A stretch of 64,000 nt of DNA. Origin: Vicugna vicugna (taxonomy: Eukaryota). The DNA is taken from the NCBI GenBank assembly GCA_013265495.1, contig MU062841.1, positions 7,155,786 to 7,219,785 on the forward strand, written 5' to 3'. The notes below the pieces were generated by a model. It saw only the letters and a list, made by a program, of their open reading frames with translations, did not search any database and was not told the origin of the DNA. Numbering within the stretch: position 1 is the first letter of the stretch; the number at the start of each line of letters is the position of its first letter. Shown one piece after another: positions 12,563-24,500 of the stretch. The position numbers and the translations under genes are program-made.

Positions 12563-15500
12563 AAGGAGCATAGCCGAGTAAGAGAGAGTTATCAGCAACA
12601 GCCTTAGCAGAAAAGTGCTTGCTACCATTCACCTGGCCACCAGCAGAGGGAGCAATTCTTCAGCGAAAGATAGAGGACTCAAAAGAAATTTGTCTCAAGA
12701 CAGGAAAATCCATCTTCTCTACTTGTTTGGTGTCTGTGTACCAATCAAACAACACTGGAACTATAGAGGAACTAAGAGAGGTATTATTTACTGTTTACAG
12801 TCACTTTCAAAACCTCACAATCAATGGTGAGTTACTGACAAAATCTATGCTTAGGTATTCACTAAGGATCTAAGGTCAGGTCTAGTCTTGTCACTTCCCT
12901 CCCAGAGGATTATTGCCAGGGCAAGAATGTGCCAACTTTCAGGGTCTTACCTTCAGCAGTTCATCCTCACCAGCATCAGGGAACTTCTCATGTAAAGAGT
13001 CCTTCAGCACTTTGGCAATGAAGCGCATCCCATAACTGTGGGATGGACAAAACTCGGTAAGAAGGGCTGGGGAGCAGAAGGCCACTAATGCTGGGCTCTA
13101 TTTGGGGTCACAAGTGATGGCACTCACGGGATTTTGTCCACAGAGCTGATGATGGCTGAGAGGAACTTGTCTGTCACAGCCCTCATGTTCCTGATGGAGT
13201 TGTCTAGTCGTGTTCTGACTTCTTCATGAGCCAGAGCCTGCTCTGGGGTCACGTCATAGGGTAGTTTGCTGGGAAAGCAGAAATCATTCCAAACTATGTT
13301 AGACCAACAGCCAGGAACATCCTGAGGCAAGACTCAGAGAGATCAGGTAATTTTCTTACGCACATAGAGCTGGTAAATTTGGGGAGTCAGAATTTAGACT
13401 CAGGTTTTCATCTATGAATTGGGTGCCTTGAACTATGTGCCAGGCACTAAAATAGGCACTTGGGATAAAAGGTATGTGACATGACAGCTTCTCAAGTTTC
13501 TTACAATCTGGTGGGAGAGACATACAAATAAATACCAGCAAACACACTGTGCTGTAGATAAGGAGCTGACGAGGAGTACCACCAGGCCACAGAGAAGAGG
13601 CTATTCAGACTAGAGGAACTAAGGAAGACTTTCATAAAGAAGGGATATCTGACCTCAGGAAAAAGGGAGAAGGAAGGTCTTCTAGGAAAGATGATCAAAT
13701 GCAAAGAAAGGGAAGAGGTAGGAGAAATGAGAGCAGAAAAATAAACAGGGGCCAAGTTATGGAGGACCTTGTATATAATGCTAAGAAGTTTAAACTTTCC
13801 TAGAAGCCAGGAAGAGCTATTAAAAGACAGGAGACCTGAATTCTGAGGAAAATTGCTCTGGTCCACCACGAGAAACGAATTAAAGGTGGACACTCACAGA
13901 TGAAAGAGCTGGAAGCCGAGTGCCACAGGCTGCTCCAGAGACGCTGAGGGCATAGACACGGACGCAGTGGTGGGGCCAGGAGGCAGACACGAGAGATATT
14001 AAGGAGATACAATCAATGTGACTTGGTGACCCTTTGGGTACTAATGAGGGAGGTGACAGTTTTATATATAGGAACTCAAGCCAGAGGAGCTGACAAGATC
14101 ACTCAAGGAGAGGGCAATGTGTCAAACTGGCAAGGAAAGAGGAAACGTGCTAGAACACTGAGCCTAGGCTTGATTAGGACGGAAATAAAAACAGGAGGGA
14201 GCTGAAAGACAAAAATGAAACGCAGGGGTCAAGGTCTGATACTTTCAATGAGGTCAAAAAGCACTAATGGTGATCTTGGTGGCCTAAATCCAGTAACAAG
14301 CGTCCTAGTAAGAGACAGGTGGAGGGAGATTTGGAGGGAGACCTGGAGGGAGACCTTACACACACAAGAGGAGGCAATGTGACAACAGAAGCAGAGACTG
14401 GAGTGATTCACCCACAAGTCCAGGGATGCCAGCAGCCACCAAGAAGCCAGGAGAGGCAAGGAATGGATTTCCCACTAGAGCCTCCAGAGGGAGCGCAGCC
14501 CTGCTGATACCTCGATTCCACCCCTTTGATACTGATTTTGGACTTCTGGGCTCCAAAACTGTGAGAGAATACATTTCTGTTGTTTTAAGCCACCAAGAGT
14601 GTGGTAATTCATCACAGGAGCAACAGAAAACTGATACAAGCAGATAGGGCTACAACTCCATTTATCACACGGTGGCTGGATTACAAACATAGGTAGACTA
14701 TGAACACAAGGATTCAGCCAAAATCAACAAACATATTCTGTTTGAAACAACTGGCCGTATGGAATTTACAATAAGGGCATTGTATATTTTGTTATTTTTA
14801 AGTTATGTGCTAAACATTTTTTATAGCAGTAAAAATTTGTAACTATGTGTATATGACATTTTAAAAAAGTAGTAAGGAGCAAAGGGAATAAAAGTGCAAA
14901 ACACAATGGCTATAGGCAGAAAACAGAATTTTAAATCTCTAAGATTTTAGAAGTGAACATTCCCAAGCGATGACAAGGTCCCAGTTTGCTATGTGTTTGG
15001 TGGCTACAGCTCAAGGATCCATGATGCTTACATGCAGAATGGGCTCCCATCACACACCACTGCACCTCCAAGTTATCCATATCAAAAAAAAAAAAAAAAG
15101 TTTTGAAACTGATTTCCATTTTATGAACAGCAAACTAAGACATCAGTTTCTGATAGGCACCCACAAGAAAAAAAATCCTGAAACATCTACTGGAATTTTG
15201 CTTTAAAAACTTATGACCACTGGAGGAAATATCATAGTACCCTTGAGTCAGCATCCACAGGACTGTCATCTGGAATGCTCTGGGTTGCAGGCAAACCTTC
15301 CCAGTCAAATACTGCAGTTGGCTGACCACATTCCAGGATCTGAACCTCAGGTGTGCAGGTCAAAACGAAAATGGATTTTTTTCATCCCACCAAGCAATGA
15401 TCTAACTCCTAGTAACAGACTTGCACATTACTGAGAACCAAATCAGGTGCCCAGTAATTCCCAGTAAGGGAGATAAGCCTTCTCTAGGAGTCAGCAGAAC

Positions 15501-18500
15501 GTTCTGTTCTCTATCCAGGGTAACCTCCCTCTTTGCCTGGTGTCCAGGTAACCTGGACAGCAGAATGATGTAGAGCAGCGCTTTTCAATGTGTGGACCAG
15601 TACCAGTCTACCAGTCAGTCCAAGACCGGTAAGGAGCTGGAGCCAGAATATAATCAACACACTGTTTCCTTCACTGAGAAAGTCTTGCTATGGAAAAAAA
15701 ATGTCAGCTGAACTAAAAACAGTGTGCTTAGCCTCACAGATTTTCAGTTTCTGGCCCACAGATCACACTGTGAGTAGCAATGGTACTTTTTTAAGCTCCA
15801 GAGAACTTCATGCATGATCTAACCCTACTCTACAACAACAAGAAAAACTGCCATAGCCTAAGCCGTTCACATCTCTATTCCTCAGCCCTCACTGTCCTCA
15901 CTCTACTGAATAAAAACGTTTTGAAACATTCTGGCTTTCTGAATTCTGTTTTACCAGCACTAACCATATTCTGTTGACATACTATTGCTTTAGATGTGTT
16001 ACTGCTGGTGGTAAACTACAGCCCAGGCACAGAACTCTCCCGAATTATGTGAATTTAGTTAGTCCAATGCTCAGTACTCCAGGGAAGTTCATCACTTGCC
16101 CACGCCATCTCCTCTTTCCTTTAACGAAACAGTACTCTCATGCAGATCTGTGCGAGTCTTCCCATCCAACCGCATCTCGAGTGATGCCAGTGTCCTCCTA
16201 GATCCTAGACTCTCCCAAGCTCCTTCCACCTGAGGGCATTCAGACACGGAGACTCTGCACCTAGCTCTCGGCAAGGCTGGTCCCTCATATCCTTCAGGCT
16301 TCAGCCATGTGGCGTATCACCTTCTCAGAGAGGCTCCCCCTCTTAGTCAGCTCCCTCTGTATTCTCCATTACAGTTTGCCACAAAATCCTCCTCAGTTTG
16401 TAATGTTACTTTTATGCATGTGTTTGTCACCTCTCCCATGCAATAACTATGAACAGAGGGCAGGGAGCATGTCTGTTTCATTCATTATTGTATTATTATA
16501 TGTATACATGACAGAGTCTGGCATATAGTAATCAACAAATATTTGCTAAATAAGTGAATAAATTACTAGGTCAACTGTTTGAAGAAGAGGTCTCCAAGGA
16601 AAGACTATTTGAAAAATTATTAATTTATAAATCAAAGAAACATTAACTGCTTAAAGAGAAAGGAAAGAATAAAAACATGAAAGAAATGGTACTGTGGTTA
16701 TCATACCTTGCCTCTCCTGTCTGAGACTCCATCTGATTAACCCAAGATTTGTAAATATCCACAGGATCAGTTTTGATGTTGAGAGATTTGTCATCCATAA
16801 TCTCCTTCACGACCGGGGCCAGTATCTGTCTCAGCGCATTCTGGCCCCGCGCACCACGGTTGAAACTTACAACCATCTTTATAACTGTAGGATTTCCTGT
16901 CACAATCTCTTGAATCTGATCTACTTTTGACCTATAGAACAGAAGATACAAATTCAATTCAAACTAATCACTGAATCTACCAACTTAAGGATCCTTCCCA
17001 CTTAAAGGTCTCATCTCCTAAAAACAGAAAGACTTAGAAGGAAAGGGGTATATGCTCTTTTCTAGAAACATTCCCCAACACTTATCCGAACACAGGATCT
17101 TCCTGAGGTTGCAAACTCAATCACGGGACCACAATAAGATCTTTTATTAGCCAACAAAGTGAAATCTTCATGTTTGGATCAGCTTTTTAAAAAATTATAC
17201 CTTAATATAGAATGCTTCTAAAACTAATCTAGCAAATTTCTTACTCTATCACTCACCTCCCCAGAAGCAGGAACACTTTATATTAGTGTTTATAATCATT
17301 TATAATGAGTGTAGGATATTAGTTTATATTAGTGTATAGTATATATCGTGTGTAGTATAAATAGCTTAATTCATGTATAATATATTATTACATTATAAGA
17401 GACAGATGCTTCTTTTGAGTAAATGTGTCACACAGATCACAGTATTGAGAACAAGAAGAGGCACAGGCAGGCCTGAACCTCAAACTGGGAGCATATATGA
17501 TAATGGGAGGGGTCCCCTGTCCTGCAGAAATCTGTTCATACTTGATTTCCTCCTGCAGTGCTGTCTTAAAGAGCCGTAGGAGCAGGTACTCCTCTCGCTG
17601 GTTGGATGCGTAGTTGTACAGTGTGAAGATTACGGAGTCCATGAACTTGGTGGACTTGTTCTGGGGCATCTGAAAAATCAGCTTCGCCAGATAGGTGGGG
17701 TTGGTCTGAAATAAAACCAAGGGATAAATCATTTCTAGATAACACAAAGGCTGGCACAAACAATCCAGACTTTTCAGTTTCAAGGATTAGAAGGTACCTG
17801 AGTAATAAAGAAAAACAGGACAGCCCTTTGCTCACCCCTCAGTGGAAATAAGAAAGACTTCTGCAAAGATCTATGTGCAAGGTTTTCTTGTGGAAAAGTA
17901 AATTAACTAAACTTTACAACACTAATGCCAGGAGCCACTCACCTGCAGTAAATAAAACAGGTGTTGATAAGCTTCCAACTTTTCTCTCTTTTCCTTGCTC
18001 AAAGCCTTGAGCCCCCCCTTCTGTTTATTTAGCATCATCATATCAGACAACTGTTCCTTATTTTTTTTGGTAAGTTTTTTACTGTGAGAAACCACATCCT
18101 GGAAACAAACACATATACAAAAATCAAAAAGCCTTCAAGGTGAAACTCTGGCCATCATGGAAAGTTCTTTTAGCACCTAAAAACTTTCATGAAGGTCTAC
18201 TGCACTGGCTCCCCATCAAACATTTCAGAATCACTACACTATGTCTTATTTTCAGTACACCAATCAAATCCATTCCTACTTCCATCTTCCTATGAAGAAT
18301 CTGAACCATAAGAATGTCCAATGATTTAGAAAACTAACTTCTAGGAATCTATCTTACAAACAAAGTCTTAAGTACAGTAAAAGCTACATACACATTGAAA
18401 TATTAATTACATTGTTATTTGGTAATAATAAAAATTTGGAAATGTCAAATAGTTGAGGGAAGAAGGAGGTAAATCATAGAATATTTTCTGATGAATTATT

Positions 18501-21500
18501 ACACTGCCATTAAAAATATATTTATGACTACTTATCATATGGAAAGTATCTTATCCTCTGTGGTAAGTAAAAATGTAGGACACAAAATGACTGTTGGGAT
18601 AGTGGAATTATGGGATGATTTTTACCTTCTTTTCTCTATTTAAAATTTTGCGTTTAAATCATTTCATTTCTTATTTAACTTTTTAAAAATTTATGACTTT
18701 AGCTGAGAAGAAAGTGAGCCCCCCCCCACAAGTCATAAGGGGGGAGACAGGAGTACCAAGCAGGACAAAGTGCCCCAAGGCCCTGCAGGCACTGGACCAT
18801 ACCTGCAGTGTAATTTTGTTTTTCACTAGCAGTCCAATTTTGATGTCCATGAGATTGAGGTCATTCTCCAGCTGTTGGTTAGAACGAATGAGGGTAATGA
18901 CCTCTTCCCGCATCTTCATAAGATCAAGCTCCTCCTGAAAATCCTGGTCACTTTGGTCGAGCAGGTGGACAAATTTTCGGACCACAATCATAGGGGGATC
19001 CTCAGCATTGACTGACAGAAAGAAAGCATGTGTCAGACAAAGAATGGAATTTCCAGAAGTTCTACGTCTTGGCAAACATCAGTAATGTCTTGAAAAAACA
19101 GCTCCATTCACACATTAAGGTTATTTGTTTATTTCTGAGATGTGCAAAGACAACCACCAAGTGCAGTCTTCTGGGTCATGCGATCACTATGTTGTTATGT
19201 GGAAGGCTCACACGGCAAGCAACAAGACATCTGTTAGCAAAGGGGTTTAAGTCACAAGCAGCACCCTACCCGCCAAGCCTTGCCTGCAGGACAAGAAAAG
19301 AGATCCGTGGAGAATACCCAGAACCTGACGGCTCTCAACCACTGCCTCAACTCTTCTCTGCTGAGCCACAGTTACTCACTGAGAGTCTTGTAGTCATCAC
19401 GAGCTTTGTTTGCCCGAATAAAAGCCTGGATTTTGATAATGTCATTTATCTAAAAGAACAAAAAAGAAGAAACTCCTTTGTTCATTTGTCCACCACAAAT
19501 ACAGCAAAACTGACTCTACTGGTCCTTACTACCCAGGAGTAATTACATGGTCTCGGAAATACTGCAGCCGGTCTCTATAGCGCTTTCTAGCTTGATGCAT
19601 CCTTGCCAGGGACTGAATCTGTGGAAAAGGAAGAGGGATCCTTGAAATGAGAAGAGCCCTTCATCTCAACACATACCAGACTCACGTCCCCCACTGAGAA
19701 ACCCTGCTCGGGCTACATACCTTTACAACTTCATCTTTATGGGAGCGCAGGTAAGCTAAGCGATCCTGATACGCCTTCCTCTGCTTGTATCCTCTCCACT
19801 GTGACTGAAACCATCAAATATTATAGTTGACACATTATTTTCCAAGGGTTAGAGGAAGTTAAAAAAAAATCTCATCTTGGGAGGAGGGTATAGGCTCAGT
19901 GGTAGAGTGTGTGCTTAACACGCACAAGGTCCCGGGTTCAATCCCCAGTGCCTCCGTTAAAATAAAAATAAATAAACCTAATTATCCCCCTCTCCCCTAC
20001 AAAAAAAAAAACTCCAAAATCTCATCCTGATATATTATCCAAGTGCAATTCATGATGCAGCTTTAAAAAGGACCACATCTATCAGTGACGGGAAGGAGGG
20101 CCTGGGCTGTAAATCCACCAGGAGAGCACACTGGTCAACTTCCACTTCCCTGACGTTAGCAGAGCACTTTACACCTTTGAAAGTGCATCCACACAGATTC
20201 TCTTACGGGTTCCTCACAACAAATCAGGTGAAAAAGATAAATATTAGTATCTCCACTTACAGATAAGGAAACAAACTTAGAGAGGTTCCCCACTACCCGG
20301 CAGTGGTGGAGCCATAATTCTTAACTCAGAATTCTTTCCGTGGCACTGTGCTACCCTGTCACTGAAGCAAAATCACAGTTGTTTCCCTTGACATTCAAAT
20401 CCACACGAGGGAACAGTCTTAGAAGACAATGAGGTGTCCGAGAAGAAGTGCCACTGAGCTGGGCAGCTGGGCAGCTCACCACTAAACACCATTAAGCACT
20501 CTGTTTACAGTGGCAGCAGACGAATTGCTCATCAGAAGAAGGATGAGGCTAAGAGGTCAGAAGGCAAAAAACACTCAGATGTTGGACTGTAGGAGCTGAC
20601 TGTTTATTACCCCTGCTCTAGAGGCCCACGTGCTGTCTTAGGCTCTGAAATACCTGAATGCAGGTGATGGCAGGGACTTGTTTCTTCAGGAAATTCATCC
20701 GGGATCGGAATTCCTGTCGAACTAAGTATCCCCGGCAGCAGGCCTGTAGCTTGGTGACCAAGCCTTCGTTGGCCAGCCAAAGCTGCTCTCGGTTGTACGC
20801 GGCAGTCACCCCTGAGATGGAACTCTGAAGAAGCATTTGGTGACGAGAGAAGATATACAAAGGTGAGAATGGACACAAATTTTAACACAGTATCATCCAC
20901 AGCATGCAAAGTAACCCTCACTGTTTTCTACGCCTTCACTAGACCTTCAGCCAAGAAACAGGAATGAAGACTTCAGATCTATTTTTCAAGGCCAAGATGT
21001 TCTCACATCCCCCCAAAAGTCATAAGCAAAAACCTGATCTTTTACTTCATATGTTATTTCCTTTACTTACTCACCTACCCAACACTGACTGTGTCAGGAA
21101 CTGTGCTTGCTGATCTGGGGTCACTGTTGACAAGAAGACAGAGTGACAGGTGCCAATACCAAGGCCCAGAGTCCCTAGAATGCCACAGCGGACACACTGC
21201 AGGGGAGGGCCAGACTGCAAATGGTCTTGAGAAGTAACCTAGAGTGTTTGGACTCCAGTTACTACAGGCACTGGAGAACCAGAGCCAGCAAACTTTCAAA
21301 CAGGAATAAAACCATCAGATTTCTTTTTAGAGACGCAGCACTGTTAGCAGAGTAGCTCTGAGCCAGGGATAGGTCATGTGATGTAAGCACAAGTAGCGTG
21401 GTAAGATCTCTAGGAAAACTCTTTGAGAGACAGACAGCTGGTATCATGCCTGTTTTGCTCTTCTTCCCATCTTCCTACACCCTGCCTGCTATCCTTCTGG

Positions 21501-24500
21501 ATTACAAGGTGATCCTGAGAATGGAAGCCACATGCTAAGAATTGCAGAGCAGAAAGACAGAAGGACCTGGGGACAGATGACACTGGGGAGCCACCACACC
21601 TTCCCTGGACTGCTCAACTCCAGAATAATTCTATGAGTTAAAAATACACCCTTATATACTATTTCAGCCCTGGTTTTTCCATTGAACTGTTGAGGTGTCT
21701 GCTGGGCACCTAAACTATAAGTGGAAAGGCAAACCTGGTCGTGGTAAAAAAAGAACTAAAGTCTGGAGGAACAAGATTTAGGATTTGCAAGCACACAGGT
21801 GAGAACTGGCGCCACAGGCTTGAATGAGATCACTCAGTAAGACTGTTTAGAAGAAGAGAAGGTGCCAGTGAGATCTTGATATAATTCAAGGAGGTACAGA
21901 AAAGGAAAGTAGTGAGAGATTAAGAAGGGACACTCAGAAGTAGAACCAGAAGAGAATGGCACCAGAGAAGCCAAAGAGTTGAGAGTTTAAGGAAGAGAAC
22001 ACAGTGAGAAGTCAGTTATGATGAGATCCCCTAACTGAATTTGGCAATTAAAAAGTTACTGATAAATTCTAAAATAAGAGTTTTATTAAAGTAAAAGCTG
22101 GATAATGCGGGGCAGACTAATTTCAAGGCACTTAGCAAGAACAGAGTATGAACTTATAGGCAAGGCAAAATCAGAAAAGTTCTACAGGCTTACAATTTTT
22201 CCTTTCTTTAAGACGAGGGAGACATGATATGTATGTAGGCTGATGCTTAAAAGTATATTCTTGGACCAGCAGCATCAGCATCACCTAGGGACTGGTCTGA
22301 AATGCAGACTCTCAGGCCCACAGAATCACTCTTCACTTTACAAGGTTCCCAGGTGATTCATGTACACACTAAATTCTGAAAAGCACTGATCAGCTTACAT
22401 ATTAGAATAATAGAAAAAAATGAGAGGAGGTGGAGTACGAGCTCTGCAAGGAACTGGGAGAGAATGAAATAAGGAGACAAGATGAATGATAAATTTAGGA
22501 TAAATTTTTTTTTGGGGGGGGAGGAAATGATGAAGGAGGCAGTGAAAATCCAGACTCACCGAAAGGAAGGAAAAAGGAGAGAAGGAGAACCAATTTGATG
22601 GTCACGTTTCTTTTATTTTTATTTTTAGAGAAGTAGGAGGAGGTTAGGTAATGTGCTGTTTAAAATTCTTAGGGCCACATGCAAAACACTAAGTATGAGT
22701 GTCTCTGTAGAAGCTAGTAAGACTCTCAAAGGTGTTCATGACCCAAAGAGTTAAAAATCACCCCGCTGGAAGATGCAGCCTGGCTTCCTAAACGTGGCCG
22801 GTCAGGTCTGAGCCTCTCTGCTCTGCCTCCTCCTCTGCACACCATCAACAGGACCACTTGATCTCCCTTCAGTGGCCCACATTCCTCTAGCCCTTGGTTC
22901 CTTTCCCACATTGTCCTCTCTGTTCAGAATAGCCTTCCGCCTTTTTCCCACCTGCTAAAGTGTTATCTGTGCTTTCTTTCTCCAGGACAGAATTAACTGC
23001 TTCCCTAACATTTCCTCTGTTTTACTGTTCCGAGAGCATCTGTTTCTCTCTGGCTTACACTGCGGTACTCTGTGCCTGCTGTTCTCACCACAACACCGTG
23101 AACTGGGAGGCAGATTCTTTGATACATCTTTACATCCCCTCAACACCCAACACAGAGTTCACTGAGTTTACTTAAATGTAATCACTTGTGAAACCATTAG
23201 CAGTAACGATGAAACACTAGGGAAGTAAGAGACTATAATTTCCCAAAAAGGCCAATTTTATACTCAGGATAGAAACTCATCCCTCTGATCGGTAAGTTCT
23301 GAATAAAGAGACTGCTTCACTTTTTACATATGTGTATATTCCATATGTTCTAAGGACTTGGGAAATAATGCCCAATGGAAGCAGATGACCTTTTAGAAGT
23401 CCTGTACTGTCCTTTCTCTCTAAGAATCTTTGTGCCTGTTCATAATGTGTCTTATCATGACCTACAGGAGCTTATTGAACAGCTTCCCTCAATATATTTT
23501 CCTCTCCTTTAATGTTCATTAGACAACTCCAGTTTAATGAACATGAGCTCAGCGCCATTTAACACTGAAAGTGCTCAATAGCCCATCAAGGACAAGATAG
23601 TTGGCCATTACATACAAGATTGCAAACTTACTAGCTCACCTTACAGACTAGCAGTGGGCATAAAACAAGTACAGACATGACTAAAATTCAAATCCAAGGT
23701 GGTTAAATTCTGAATGAATACAAGACTATGAGGATTGAGAGGGGAAGGAAAAGGAATTTTAAGAAGATTCATCAAGGCAGTGACATCTGACATGGGTATG
23801 TCTGGAAGAATAGAATTTTGACAGATGTAGATGGCAGGGGAGGGACATCTCATGACAGCAGGGACTTTGTTTTGTTCATGACTATATCTCCATTGCTTAG
23901 AAGGGTGTCTGGTACATTTAAGGAGGCCTTCAGAAACTGTTGAATGATGAAATTCCAGTAAAAATGAACAGCATAAGCAAAGACACAGGGAATGGGAAAA
24001 AAACACTTAAAAACAGCTATAAAAATGCTAACTTCATGTGAATTGTAGGTTATATTCTAATACAGTACAGTTTGGAGTTTGTGGAATAGTCAGAAAAGGG
24101 ATTAAAAATATAAATTGGGAAGATTAATAGTAGTTGCATTTAATGAGTCAGTGCAATATTCAGTTTTTCGTCTTTGCTGGATCATCCAAATTTTTTAATA
24201 AGCATACAATTTATCTGACTTAATTTTATAATCCATTTGTCTTACTAATTTAAGCCTCAGGCACTCCCACAAGAAAAAAATTACTCCAAATTAGTTTGTT
24301 ATGTAGCTTTAGTTTTAGTCTAGAGCTCCTGACCACATGCCCTGTTCTTCCTAATATTAGCTCTAAAATACAGATACTTTCTCTCAGCTTCTTCTTTTGT
24401 GGAAAAAATGTGACCTACCTGGATCTCCTCCCGAGAAAGCTGCACAGAATTTTGCACAAAGTCTGGGGGTTCATCCCATCCTCCTTCCTGGGTCTCCAGA

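Noticed and set aside
17706-17942. In-frame retention of intron 24 (237 nt)
   Set aside because: TAG at codon 7 of the retained intron.
17943-18098. Possible frameshift in the homopolymer runs of exon 24
   Set aside because: The exon is 156 nt and translates cleanly to the expected peptide.
19030-19542. 170-aa plus-strand ORF overlapping exon 22
   Set aside because: It has a non-ATG start and no recognisable homology, and its length is unremarkable for six frames of 64 kb.
19619-19720. In-frame retention of intron 20 (102 nt)
   Set aside because: TGA at codon 13 of the retained intron.
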